A stretch of 39,433 nt of DNA from a virus (taxonomy: Duplodnaviria; Caudoviricetes). Shown here piece after piece: positions 1 through 9,331 of this stretch. Every line of letters begins with the position of its first letter. The first letter of the stretch is position 1. The notes under the pieces were generated by a model. That model had not been told where the DNA came from. It did no database searches and saw only the letters and a program-made list of their open reading frames with translations. The stretch is taken from the IMG/VR virus record IMGVR_UViG_3300027819_000028, positions 1 through 39,433 of that record; one strand, 5' to 3'. The translations under genes and the position numbers were made by a program.

Positions 1-591
1 GTCCTCGCCCAGGCTGCCATAGTTATGGGGGTTCAATTGGGTTAACTCCTCATCCGAAGCCCCGGCTTCTTTGGCAAGCTCGTACACAGTGCCATACACC
101 TCTTGACCGGTCCGGCGTAGCAAGTTGACCTGCAAATCATCGTGGAGGGGCTGTAGGCGAGCCTGTAGCGCCTCCTCAGCTTCCTGCTTGTCAAGTTCCT
201 GCTTCTTGGCGGCGGCTTCCTGCTTGGCCTTTACCCCCGCGTCGTAGTCGTCCATCGTCTCAAGGTGGTCGAGCTCGGCTCTTGCCTTTTGCCGTTCCTG
301 CTGCTGCTGTCGCTCCTGCTCTCGCCGGTCGTAGTCAGCCTTAATCCGCCCTCTCTCAGAAGACAGACGATGCTCAAGTTCGCGGGCAATCTCAGGGTGC
401 TTCAGCAGCTCCTTGCGGTACTCAGGGTCTTGGAGTAGAGTCTCTATGTCCGGCTTGGCAGGTGCGTCCTTTGAAGGCTCGACAGGTGTAGACGCCGGCT
501 CGGCCACGGCCGTAGCGGTAGCAGTCGCCGGGGTCTCTACTGTCTCGGCGTTCTGGGGTGCGTTGCCCTCAGCGGGAATATTCCCTTCCAT
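1..591 (-). CDS. Putative capsid scaffolding protein, truncated by the window edge
   Basis: Not in the ORF track because no stop lies in the window. ATG at 591 follows RBS GAAAGGAG. Translation MEGNIPAEGNAPQNAETVETPATAT... has an acidic/Pro/Ala disordered N-terminus and then an E/Q/R/K coiled coil, typical of scaffold proteins; it lies downstream of the portal region. Confidence 0.55.
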   Translation of the reverse strand, partial: MEGNIPAEGNAPQNAETVETPATATATAVAEPASTPVEPSKDAPAKPDIETLLQDPEYRKELLKHPEIARELEHRLSSERGRIKADYDRREQERQQQQERQKARAELDHLETMDDYDAGVKAKQEAAAKKQELDKQEAEEALQARLQPLHDDLQVNLLRRTGQEVYGTVYELAKEAGASDEELTQLNPHNYGSLGED

Positions 592-612
592 GTAATGCTC
601 CTTTCGGGAAAT

Positions 613-664
613 AAAAAAGCCCAGTTCCCTGAAGCGGGCCTTAGCGGGCCTCAGAAAACTGGGC
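613..664 (-). terminator. Intrinsic terminator/attenuator-like hairpin before the scaffold gene
   Basis: GCCCAGTT (619-626) pairs with AACTGGGC (657-664) around an internal structure, followed on the - strand by T6 (613-618), then the RBS. Confidence 0.6.
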
Positions 665-739
665 GGTCCTTCACTCCTTCCAAGAAGGAGTGAAGGAGGG
701 TCCCTAGTATTCGATTATTGGTTCAAGCGATAACGACTC

Positions 740-1072
740 CTAGCGTGCTCTTAATTCATGGATAATAGTTTCGACGCCATTTCTCCACTCATGGATAGTT
801 GTCGTTACCCTTTCTCGGGCCACAGGGCCAGGCAGATTGTAGTCGTGCTGCTTCTTTTCCCACTGTACGCAGCCAAAGTCGGCAGCGGTGCATAGATGAG
901 CCTCATACTGTTCCACATCAGCAGAGTAGGCCAGAGTGAGGACATGCGCCTTCCTTCCAGAGTAAGTGGTAGCCAGCGCGCACAATCTGCCGCTCTCGCA
1001 CGCGATCAAGTCAGACTGTCCAGCCTGATCAATCCAGTGTATGCAAGTCCTGCAATACCGCCACTTAGCCAA
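740..1072 (-). CDS. Hypothetical Cys-rich phage protein
   Basis: 110 aa ORF; CxxCxxW N-terminus and DFGCVQWE motif; co-directional with neighbours. Confidence 0.6.
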   Translation of the reverse strand: MAKWRYCRTCIHWIDQAGQSDLIACESGRLCALATTYSGRKAHVLTLAYSADVEQYEAHLCTAADFGCVQWEKKQHDYNLPGPVARERVTTTIHEWRNGVETIIHELRAR

Positions 1073-1075
1073 GTC

Positions 1076-1495
1076 TTACACCCCTAACAAACGCAAGAAC
1101 TTGCGCCAACCGTGGGTCTTTCGCTCCTCGTGCTGGAGTGCTGAGTCAAAGGCCATAATCTCCATTTGTTCAAGCGTTTCAGCACCCATCAGAGAGTTGG
1201 CATCAACCCCGTACTGTTCCGCAAAGTCTAGTGCGACGTTTCGCTTGTCGTCCGCAAATGCTCGCTCCACTATCAAATGTGTTTGAGTGCGCGATTCCTC
1301 TGCTGCCAACCAATTCAAGGCCGCACTCACACATGTACTGGGTGATGGATGATTGCCGATAAACTCTTTCAAGGACCCTTCCGACACCAGTGCTCCACAT
1401 CCCGGACATCTGTCTCCACTTCCTTTTCCCATAGGAGGGGGTAAGCAGACGTAACATTCTAGGAAAGAATCATACTCCCATCGATGAAGGACCAT
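1076..1495 (-). CDS. Hypothetical protein (CPGCG zinc-ribbon-like motif)
   Basis: ORF 1076..1549; the likely start is MVLHRW at 1495 after GGAGG. Confidence 0.5.
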   Translation of the reverse strand: MVLHRWEYDSFLECYVCLPPPMGKGSGDRCPGCGALVSEGSLKEFIGNHPSPSTCVSAALNWLAAEESRTQTHLIVERAFADDKRNVALDFAEQYGVDANSLMGAETLEQMEIMAFDSALQHEERKTHGWRKFLRLLGV

Positions 1496-1505
1496 TCGGT
1501 TATCC

Positions 1506-1727
1506 CTACCTCCCTGCCTTCGTCTGCGGCATGCCGTACCGCTCTTCAATGGCCTGAATGGCGATGAACAGCGCCCGGCGAATCCCTAGCCACATCTTCC
1601 GCTCACGCTCATTCTGACAAGCACTCGCTCGGCTGTGCGCTATTCTGTTCTCTTGGTTGTATTCTACCACATCATCAGCCGTTGTCAAGTAGTCTATCTC
1701 CCCATTGTGGCCGTCGCCCGTCGCCAT
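1506..1727 (-). CDS. Hypothetical protein
   Basis: 73 aa ORF overlapping the end of the upstream gene, helical basic C-terminus. Confidence 0.45.
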   Translation of the reverse strand: MATGDGHNGEIDYLTTADDVVEYNQENRIAHSRASACQNERERKMWLGIRRALFIAIQAIEERYGMPQTKAGR

Positions 1728-2536
1728 GCCTCTTCCGGGTCGTACTGGATGATCGGCACCTTGTACTGGTTGGGGTCATACTGCCTTCCGGAGAGCTCGG
1801 CAATGCGGGACTGTATGCCCCCCGGCTCGAAGCCGAGGAAGTGGGTCTGGCCCGGTATCTGCGCCATCGGCGTCGCCTGCAACTGATGGCCAATCGTCTC
1901 GCTCGCCATCTTCCATGCCGCCTGCCTCCGTGCGAGAGTCTGTTGCTGCTCAAATTGCTGTCGCTTTATCTCGTCCTGCTGCTTGTCGTAGTCGAACTGC
2001 GCCCTCTGCCACGCCGTGCCCTCGTACTCACCGGGACGCCACTGCGGCGGTTGCGACTCTCTTGGCGGCACGTAGTTAGGATTCGGCATCTGCTCCATGC
2101 TGCCATCCGGTTTCTGGCGTAGCATGTACGGCGAAGATGTGCTACCCGTAGACCATTCTTCCTGCTTACTCTTGGATACCGGCATACCGGGTGCAGGTCC
2201 CCATTGCTTCGTTTCAGCGCTCCACTGGTACTCGTTCTGGTCTGGCCCCTGGCGAGTCGTCGGAATGGGTGGCTTATTCGCTGCGCGCCATGCATTACCC
2301 AGCGAAGCGTTATAATCAACCATGTTGGTTGGGTCGTTCTCATCTTCGGGAATGTCCCATGTCTCTCCATTGGCGAACGTGACCCGACTGTAGCGTTTGG
2401 GGTGAGTTGCTCCTATCCCAAACAAGCCGCCTGACGGCGGGTTCGTCAGTTTGCCATTCTCATCCTTCCAGATCACTTCGTCACTTTTGACTTCGCCCCT
2501 ATCGCTCCACTCTTGGTCCAGATTTGGATCGCCCAT
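1694..2536 (-). CDS. Putative internal virion/ejection protein
   Basis: 280 aa with RBS AAGGAGG; Q/P/G-rich with a coiled-coil stretch and repeated AW(Q/R)RA motifs; in the virion gene region. Confidence 0.5.
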   Translation of the reverse strand: MGDPNLDQEWSDRGEVKSDEVIWKDENGKLTNPPSGGLFGIGATHPKRYSRVTFANGETWDIPEDENDPTNMVDYNASLGNAWRAANKPPIPTTRQGPDQNEYQWSAETKQWGPAPGMPVSKSKQEEWSTGSTSSPYMLRQKPDGSMEQMPNPNYVPPRESQPPQWRPGEYEGTAWQRAQFDYDKQQDEIKRQQFEQQQTLARRQAAWKMASETIGHQLQATPMAQIPGQTHFLGFEPGGIQSRIAELSGRQYDPNQYKVPIIQYDPEEAWRRATATMGR

Positions 2537-2549
2537 ATTAGCCTCCTTG

Positions 2550-2558
2550 TGCTATAAT
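2550..2558 (+). promoter_or_regulatory. Extended -10 promoter (TGcTATAAT) for the small + strand ORF
   Basis: TG at 2550-2551, TATAAT at 2553-2558, and ATG at 2566, the spacing expected for a leaderless mRNA. Confidence 0.5.
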
Positions 2559-2565
2559 GCCAGTT

Positions 2566-2745
2566 ATGAGTAGATTGAAGCCGTTATCCCAATTCCTTAG
2601 TAATGGTGCACTCTCTATTGCCATCTTTACGTCCCCTATCTTGCTGTTAGTTCTTATCGAGCGCTTTGGTCCCAACTGGCTTCAACCTTTCGGCAAGTGG
2701 CTTGCTACGTATTTTCGTCTCCTGTCCGAACAACGCTGGCAATAA
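2566..2745 (+). CDS. Small hydrophobic (membrane) protein, moron-like
   Basis: One hydrophobic segment (ALSIAIFTSPILLLVLI); lower GC than flanks; opposite strand; fills the gap between two - strand genes. Confidence 0.45.
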   Translation: MSRLKPLSQFLSNGALSIAIFTSPILLLVLIERFGPNWLQPFGKWLATYFRLLSEQRWQ

Positions 2746-2784
2746 AATAACTTCGATCTCCCCACCATGATGCCTGTCAATACC

Positions 2785-5700
2785 CTATTGCCCCACCGCC
2801 TGCAACCGCTTCTGGAAGGGGGTCAGGCCATTATTGGTATTGCCCTGTAGCCGTTTTTGGAATGGGGTCAACTTCGATGATCCACTGCCCTGTAACCGCT
2901 TCTGAAAGGGTGTCAAGCTCTCTCCCTTATCCTTCTCAGAGAACGCCTTGCCGCCTGCCCCCTCCACCACGGCTCCCACTATCGCCCCTTCTGCACTTTG
3001 TCCCTCCAGCACCATGCTTTGCATCCAGATGGGAATCATGTTGCTAGCGACTACCTCCTTGGCCAGCTTGAGAGGACCATTGTACATATAGGGATACTGA
3101 AGTGCCCTTATCGTCGTACTGACCAGCGGTGAGGTCAGATTGCGTACATAGGTTGCTGCGTGCTCGTGTGCTTTCTCCGGCTCAAGGGTCATCCTGAGCA
3201 GCGTTCGCACTGTGCCGAAGTAAGCACCGCCGATGCCAATGTTCTGGCCTGCCATGTTGACGGTCAGGAACTTCGGATCGCGGGGGTCCAATTTCGGCTC
3301 TTGTCCCATCGAATAACTGACCCCCATGTATCCTGCTAGGCCGAATAGGGTAGTCTTAGCCACAGCTTCCCGCGCCATCTTCCCCCGTAGCCCGCCCTTG
3401 GCAATATCGCTCATTAAGGTCAGAGTGGCCCGCCGGTAGCGCGGGGCAAACAATACCGCAGTCTCAATCTCCCGTTGGGTGCGGGAGATACCCATCTTCG
3501 CCGTATCCACCTGCCCGCTCATCTCGTTCCAGAACTTCGCCAGTCCTACCCTATCTTCTGCGGTCTTGGCTAGGTGCTCGGTGGCTTCCAGTCCGTAAAT
3601 TCGTAAGGCGTTCAGAAACGCTTCATAGTTTCGGGCGAAGGGTTTCACAACTTCCCTGAGTACCGGCATCTTGGTAACTATGCCGCCGGTCTGTATAGCC
3701 GTGGTGAATTCGGAGGGCGTAAACGTGGCCCCCTCTTGAGACCACTTCCGAATTGTATCGGCATGGGTAGCCAGAAACTGTTGATAACCCTTCTCGCTGG
3801 CTAGGGCTTTCATGGCTTGCCCTACACTCTTGGCCCATACGGGCAAATTGGTAAACAGCGTCATCTGCCCCTGAATCAAAGGCCCACCTATATCAAAGGT
3901 AGTCATCAGCATCCGGGGCAGGGCGTTGACCCAGGAGATCGTTTCCGCTGCACCTCGAATAGGAGCTTTTTGCTCCAGATCCAGTATCTGTCTTAGTCGC
4001 TTGGCATCGGCCTCGCTGAAGAACTTTCCCTGAAAAGCGGGGGCCTGCACCATACCCTCACCGTACTTCGGCTGCCGCGCTTTCTCTGCCGCTTCGGCCA
4101 AGGCACTGCGAGCCTTATAGTAAGTTGCTCTGGCTCCAGCCTGAAGTTGAGGGACAGCCGCCTCTGCCTGCTGTAGCAGTGAGCGCTGAATGTAGTTCTC
4201 CATCTTGCTGATCCCGGCGTCCACCAAAATCTTCGCCTGATCCGGGAAGTGTTTCCCGATAGACCTAACAGTAGCCTCCGGCACCCGTTCGCCCCGGTAG
4301 CCCCGTAGAATAGTCGCCTTCAGCTTGCCCACAGCCGCCAGCCTCTCCTGCGCGTATTCCTTGGCGATCTTCAGGGCATCAGGGGCTTGGCCCGTCCGAT
4401 AAGGAATCTGGCTCAGGATGAAATCGGCCAGTCTATTATCGGCAATCTTGCGTCCCGCAGCATCTAGGTTGGCCTGTAGCGCCTCCTCTGGCGAAAGGTA
4501 TCTAAACCCTTCCGCGATAGCTTCGGCTTGGGTCTCGAAGGAGCGGCTCTTCTCAAAGCCCATCTTGGCCCCTACTCGCTTGCCGCCTGCTCCCCGTATC
4601 TCGGCCAACTCGATATTGCCCTGATCGTCCAGCTTGCCCACCACTCGACGGCCTACATAGTGTCCGCCTTGCTCGAAGTGCAGTTCATTGACGTCGATCC
4701 CCTCGGCATTGAGGGCCGCTTTCTGGTCGTCATACAACTTGTGGATGCGCTGGGCGTACTCCTTCTGCTCAGGCGTCAGTGTGTAGCGGTCTGGATACTC
4801 CATCACGTCGTTGATCGGGGCTTTCTTGCCCCCAACGTAGCCCATGCCGTCCTTGTCGACCTTGAATAACTTCTCGCTGCTCCCCAATTCTCGCACCCGC
4901 GCACTTGCCCCTGTGACGGCGCTCTTCCAGTCCGCGATAATCGTCTCCCGCAGCACCAACCCCTGCGTAAATACATCTCGCTCGGGCACCCCGATAGCCT
5001 GTGCTACGTTGCGAGTCACAGGGTTATCGAACTTATCCACTACTCGCCGCACGACATCCGGTTGATAGGCCGCCTTTAGTACCTCATCGGTCGACTTCAC
5101 TGTAGGCAGCCAAGAGGAAGCCGTTGGTGGCGTTACTGCCGTTCCCCCTGTCGGTGGCGTTGGTGGTACAGGCGGCATAGTCGGTGGCACTGCCGCCGCT
5201 GTTGGTGGCGTTCCCCCTATAGGCGGCGTAGTAGGTGGTGGAATTCTCCCGCCGAGCAAGGGTGGCTGTACTGCCTGCGGTGGCGTGGCTGCGCCAGGTG
5301 GTGTTGGTTGCAAGGGTGGCTGTGCCATCTTTCCCGGACGGGTCGGTGCCGCGTTGGCAGGCGTCCCCGGAAGGACAGGTGCTGGCGGCTCAATCCTCGC
5401 CTGTACGGATGGCTCAGGGGCTACAGGAGGCACCTCTGAGGCCTGCGGGTACTTCGCTGCCAAGTCGGGAGACTTTAACATCTTCGGGTTTACCACCACA
5501 TAGGCAGTATCATCCCCTAACCCTCGAAGATTATCAATCATCTTTACGACATCATAGCCATCATTTTTTGCTTGTTTTGCAACAAAATCAGCAAAATGAG
5601 TTCGAGAAGATACATCATACTGATAAATCTGCCCGCTGGTGACATAGTTTTGGAGATCAATGTTGTTTAAATCTTCCTCATCTAATATCTCATTCTTTCT

Positions 5701-8046
5701 CATGTATTCCCATAATGAATCCCCATCGGACAAGTCTAACACTCTAGCATCAGAGGCCAAAACGTAGGTTTTTACCTTCCCATATTCTCTCGCGGCTTCC
5801 TCAGCAGTGGTTAGGTGTATCCCAAACATCCTCTTCCCAGTTGTAATCTCTGGATTAGGATAGTCGGCATCAGTCCCATGATACAAAACAATCTCAGGTT
5901 GTTTCGCCGCAACTTCACCCGTCGCTGCGGTAGGCAGAGGGGCTACAGGAGACGCAGGAGGTTCTACCCTTGCGGCGGGGCTAGGGACGGCTTCGGCTAC
6001 GCTCTGTACTGGCGACATATCCTTTGCTGCTCTTTCCGCATTAACCACCCAAAAGCGACGCTCTGCACCTTTTCCTGTAGCAATAATGGACACCTTTGCC
6101 GCATCTTCGGGGGGCAATTGCCGCACGGCATCCTCGGCCAACTTCCGCTTCCCAAATATAAGGGGAGTCAACTTTCCAGTCTCCCATGATTTGTTTTGTA
6201 AAGAATATTTCCACCTAGCTTCGGCGTCTTGAATCAGCCAGTCCTGCACGTCTTTGGATTGCTTCCCTTTGCTCACATCCTCCACGCTCAAGCCAGCCAG
6301 TCCCTTCCGTCCCGCGTGCACCAGTCCCGCACCGACCACACCACCCATTGCCATCCTCGCGGCGTTCTCCTCCGGCGTGGCGTTCGGGTCGTACTGGCTG
6401 GCTGCACCGACGGCGCCACCACCAATGTCGAGGGCGGGGCCAATTTGGGCTTGACCGCCTTGCGTGCCAGAAAGGGCGTTACGAATCTTGCTCAGTGACT
6501 CAGGGAAGACCACCGCCGTATTGTGAAGGATAGCATTGTCGTTGGTGTCCATCAGGGGTATGCGCTGCCCGCCCTGATAGGCGATGCCGTCAAACCCTGC
6601 CTGCTGTAGCGCAGCGTTAGCGTTAGCCTTACCGTTGGCAACGTCGGCCAGGGTGTTGTAAACAGCGTCGCCATTCACCGTCTGCTGCGGTGTCTGCCAG
6701 CGAGTATTGTTGATCTGAGTCTTGAAAGAGTTATCCAGTCCCTTGGGAAGGCCAGCCGCAACCCTATCAATGACAGTAGATTCAATGTTGGATTGGTCAG
6801 CACGGAAGAGGTTCAGGTTCTCCGGCACGTCGACAGGGCGGATGTTGGGGCCTTGTTTGGCATTAGCACCGATTTGGTCAAGTTTCCACTGGATGCCCTC
6901 TAATTGCCTCTCTGACGAGCGCCTTAGCTCAGGGTTGAGTGGGGTCGGGGCCTCCAATCGCTTACGCAGTGAGTAGGCAAGACCCTCAAGGGACTTAACG
7001 TGCTCCTCGTTCAAATAGGAGGTGTCTTTAGGTAAATTGGCATAACTCGCCGCCACCTCTGGGTTATCCGTCAAATAGTACCCCGGTCCATACAGCCCGT
7101 TGGGGTCGAACTTGCTCGGCTCAGGTGCTTCAAAGGCGCTGCCTGTGCCGTGGTAGAAGCGTTTGGTCCTTCCGGGGAAGGATGCCTCCGTCCCCATGTA
7201 CTGCGCCCTGATGGCCTCAATCTCCTGTGGCGTCGCCCCTCGTGCCCTGGCTTCCCACATGGCCGTTTCGATGCCCTTGGCCGTTGTCCCAGTGAAGCCC
7301 TCTATGGTCCCTCCACCGCGCTCTCCAGCCAGTAGCCCCCTCGCTACCGGCCCCATTTCTCTGGCTGCTTCTCGGATAGCGGGGGCAGATTCTCGGGCAG
7401 CCTTGAGTAGTGGTCCAGCAACCTCCACCCCTTTGCGAACGAGCTGAGGCCCCTTTTCCAGTGGAATGAGATTGAGTGGGTCGATAGCCATTTCGATACC
7501 ACCCTTATAGCCCGGAAAAGGTTCCCACCTCTCTTCCCAAGACTTTTCAGGGGTGGGTGGAATGTCTGCCGTCGGAGGGGGTGCTATGCCGGTCGCTCCC
7601 GAAAAACCGCCTGCCGTTGGCATACGGGATTCCAGAAGTGGGTACTGAACATTGCGCCTTTCCCAGTCAAAGCCCTCGCCCACCTTGCCTAACCCCCAAC
7701 GGCCTATATCCGTCTCAGCCTGCACACCCCTGCCCAAAATGTCTGCTGCCCCTGCATAGCCCGGCACGCGCTGCCTCAACTGCTCCTGCCCCATCCGAAG
7801 GCCCTTGAGCACGTCCTGTGGCGTTCCTTCTGGGAAGGATGAAAAGGCTCGCTGCCACGCGGTAGGCTGCGGCTCTTCTGGGGCTGGCGGCTCAGGGTAC
7901 TTTACCTCTTCGGGCATAGCCCTCTGCCACGCCGTCTCCCCTTGATGCCGCTGGCGCTCAAGCTCTTTCTGCGCCTTCTCGCGGGCTTTCTCTTCCTCTT
8001 GCCAGCTCCGGTATTCGTCTTCAGGCAGATAATCGAGGACACGCAT
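2785..8046 (-). CDS. Large polyvalent/ejection protein with two ADP-ribosyltransferase-like domains
   Basis: 1753 aa. Two domains match the pattern of ART domains of phage polyvalent proteins: FYHGT..GPGYYLT..A.SYA..GFDGI (~6475-7165) and LYHGT..FGIHLT..A.EYG..GYDVV (~5470-5895). Also Pro-rich linkers, a helical C-terminal half and 3x LTPFQKRLQ at the C-terminus. Confidence 0.7.
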   Translation of the reverse strand: MRVLDYLPEDEYRSWQEEEKAREKAQKELERQRHQGETAWQRAMPEEVKYPEPPAPEEPQPTAWQRAFSSFPEGTPQDVLKGLRMGQEQLRQRVPGYAGAADILGRGVQAETDIGRWGLGKVGEGFDWERRNVQYPLLESRMPTAGGFSGATGIAPPPTADIPPTPEKSWEERWEPFPGYKGGIEMAIDPLNLIPLEKGPQLVRKGVEVAGPLLKAARESAPAIREAAREMGPVARGLLAGERGGGTIEGFTGTTAKGIETAMWEARARGATPQEIEAIRAQYMGTEASFPGRTKRFYHGTGSAFEAPEPSKFDPNGLYGPGYYLTDNPEVAASYANLPKDTSYLNEEHVKSLEGLAYSLRKRLEAPTPLNPELRRSSERQLEGIQWKLDQIGANAKQGPNIRPVDVPENLNLFRADQSNIESTVIDRVAAGLPKGLDNSFKTQINNTRWQTPQQTVNGDAVYNTLADVANGKANANAALQQAGFDGIAYQGGQRIPLMDTNDNAILHNTAVVFPESLSKIRNALSGTQGGQAQIGPALDIGGGAVGAASQYDPNATPEENAARMAMGGVVGAGLVHAGRKGLAGLSVEDVSKGKQSKDVQDWLIQDAEARWKYSLQNKSWETGKLTPLIFGKRKLAEDAVRQLPPEDAAKVSIIATGKGAERRFWVVNAERAAKDMSPVQSVAEAVPSPAARVEPPASPVAPLPTAATGEVAAKQPEIVLYHGTDADYPNPEITTGKRMFGIHLTTAEEAAREYGKVKTYVLASDARVLDLSDGDSLWEYMRKNEILDEEDLNNIDLQNYVTSGQIYQYDVSSRTHFADFVAKQAKNDGYDVVKMIDNLRGLGDDTAYVVVNPKMLKSPDLAAKYPQASEVPPVAPEPSVQARIEPPAPVLPGTPANAAPTRPGKMAQPPLQPTPPGAATPPQAVQPPLLGGRIPPPTTPPIGGTPPTAAAVPPTMPPVPPTPPTGGTAVTPPTASSWLPTVKSTDEVLKAAYQPDVVRRVVDKFDNPVTRNVAQAIGVPERDVFTQGLVLRETIIADWKSAVTGASARVRELGSSEKLFKVDKDGMGYVGGKKAPINDVMEYPDRYTLTPEQKEYAQRIHKLYDDQKAALNAEGIDVNELHFEQGGHYVGRRVVGKLDDQGNIELAEIRGAGGKRVGAKMGFEKSRSFETQAEAIAEGFRYLSPEEALQANLDAAGRKIADNRLADFILSQIPYRTGQAPDALKIAKEYAQERLAAVGKLKATILRGYRGERVPEATVRSIGKHFPDQAKILVDAGISKMENYIQRSLLQQAEAAVPQLQAGARATYYKARSALAEAAEKARQPKYGEGMVQAPAFQGKFFSEADAKRLRQILDLEQKAPIRGAAETISWVNALPRMLMTTFDIGGPLIQGQMTLFTNLPVWAKSVGQAMKALASEKGYQQFLATHADTIRKWSQEGATFTPSEFTTAIQTGGIVTKMPVLREVVKPFARNYEAFLNALRIYGLEATEHLAKTAEDRVGLAKFWNEMSGQVDTAKMGISRTQREIETAVLFAPRYRRATLTLMSDIAKGGLRGKMAREAVAKTTLFGLAGYMGVSYSMGQEPKLDPRDPKFLTVNMAGQNIGIGGAYFGTVRTLLRMTLEPEKAHEHAATYVRNLTSPLVSTTIRALQYPYMYNGPLKLAKEVVASNMIPIWMQSMVLEGQSAEGAIVGAVVEGAGGKAFSEKDKGESLTPFQKRLQGSGSSKLTPFQKRLQGNTNNGLTPFQKRLQAVGQ

Positions 8047-8057
8047 GTTTGCCTAAC

Positions 8058-9329
8058 CTATCTCCACTGCGTCTTAGTCTGAGCGTAACCCTTGGGCCAT
8101 GCTGACCGCATTTTTGCCCACATGTCCGAAGGATCGAGACTTTGTTTCGACCACTCGCCCTCTTGCATCGCCCGCTGCGTCGGCGTCCACCGGCCGTACT
8201 CACCGGGGCTAATCTGAATCGGTTGATTACCGCCGTACCACGGCGTCCTGTACGGTTCCTTGCCGGGTTGTTGACGGCCTCCCCCAAGCCACGGTTCTTC
8301 TGGTGGGGCTGGCAGATAGCCGCCGGGTGGACGGCCTCCCCCAGGTGGTTCAACGGGGTTGTAGCCCTCCCGGTACTTCAACGGGATTGTAGCCCCGAGG
8401 TATTTTCCCCCAGGCGGCTCAACAGGATTGTAGCCGCGCCTGCGCGGGTCAAACCCGCCAGGTTGCGTTGCATCTTGACCGGGAGGCTGCTTGCCGCCAT
8501 ACCACGGGGCGGGAGACGTGTTCGGCATCTCGTCCGTTCGCGGCTGTTGGTATGGTTCCCGACTTCTCAGTAGGGCGCTATAGAGGTCGTCTCCCCCAGG
8601 GGTGCCAGGTTGGGCACCTCCTGGCGGTTCAACAGGATTGTAGCCCTGCTGCTGCTGGTAGGGTTGCTGCGCTCCCTGCTGTGCGTTCTGGAAGTTCGCC
8701 CATGTCTGCTCCCACGAGTTGCTAGGGTCTCCCTGCACGGCCCCAAAGGCGGGCGTTGCGTTGGCAATGTCCATCACGTTCATGGGTCCACCCCGCACAC
8801 TCTCCGGCATCTGCGACTGGGCAATCTGGTACTTCATCCAGTCCCGTGGCCCGCTGAGGCTACCCAAGAGGCCCGCCCAATACTGCTGATTCTGCTGCCC
8901 CTGCGACTGTTTGAATTGGTCCGCCTGTTGGGCTTGCGAAGCATCGAACTGGCGGATATCCTCGGCCTGTGAAGCATCGAATTGACGCTTATTCTCGGCC
9001 AGTTTTTCCTTATCGAGAGTGCTGGCTTGCAAGAGGTCAAACTGGCGTTTCTTCTCGGCCTGTTCGGTATCGAACTGACGCTTATTCTCGGCCAGTTGCA
9101 GCCGTAGATACTCCTGCTGCTGCTGCCAGTTGAGGCTGTTGGTCTGGTCCATGCCGCCGACTATGGGGAAGCCACCACCGCCACCGCCTCCCCCGCCAGG
9201 CCCAGCCATGCTGTTGTATACGTTCTCAGCCTCCCCCTGCGTGTTGTAGTAACTAACGTCGTTACCGTATACGACAATCCAACTACCGTCCGCTTGTTGG
9301 GCTACATAATGCTGGCTATCCATTGGCAT
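8058..9329 (-). CDS. Putative DNA pilot/ejection protein with internal repeats
   Basis: 423 aa, Q/G/P-rich; (K/I)RQFD x4, GYNPVEPPGG x3, PW(Y/L)GG x3, poly-Gly. Confidence 0.55.
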   Translation of the reverse strand: MPMDSQHYVAQQADGSWIVVYGNDVSYYNTQGEAENVYNSMAGPGGGGGGGGGFPIVGGMDQTNSLNWQQQQEYLRLQLAENKRQFDTEQAEKKRQFDLLQASTLDKEKLAENKRQFDASQAEDIRQFDASQAQQADQFKQSQGQQNQQYWAGLLGSLSGPRDWMKYQIAQSQMPESVRGGPMNVMDIANATPAFGAVQGDPSNSWEQTWANFQNAQQGAQQPYQQQQGYNPVEPPGGAQPGTPGGDDLYSALLRSREPYQQPRTDEMPNTSPAPWYGGKQPPGQDATQPGGFDPRRRGYNPVEPPGGKYLGATIPLKYREGYNPVEPPGGGRPPGGYLPAPPEEPWLGGGRQQPGKEPYRTPWYGGNQPIQISPGEYGRWTPTQRAMQEGEWSKQSLDPSDMWAKMRSAWPKGYAQTKTQWR

Positions 9330-9331
9330 AA

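Noticed and set aside
5100-5420. GGT/GGC-rich quasi-repeats
   Set aside because: Period 3, explained by the Pro/Thr/Ala linker of the giant protein; not a second guide array.
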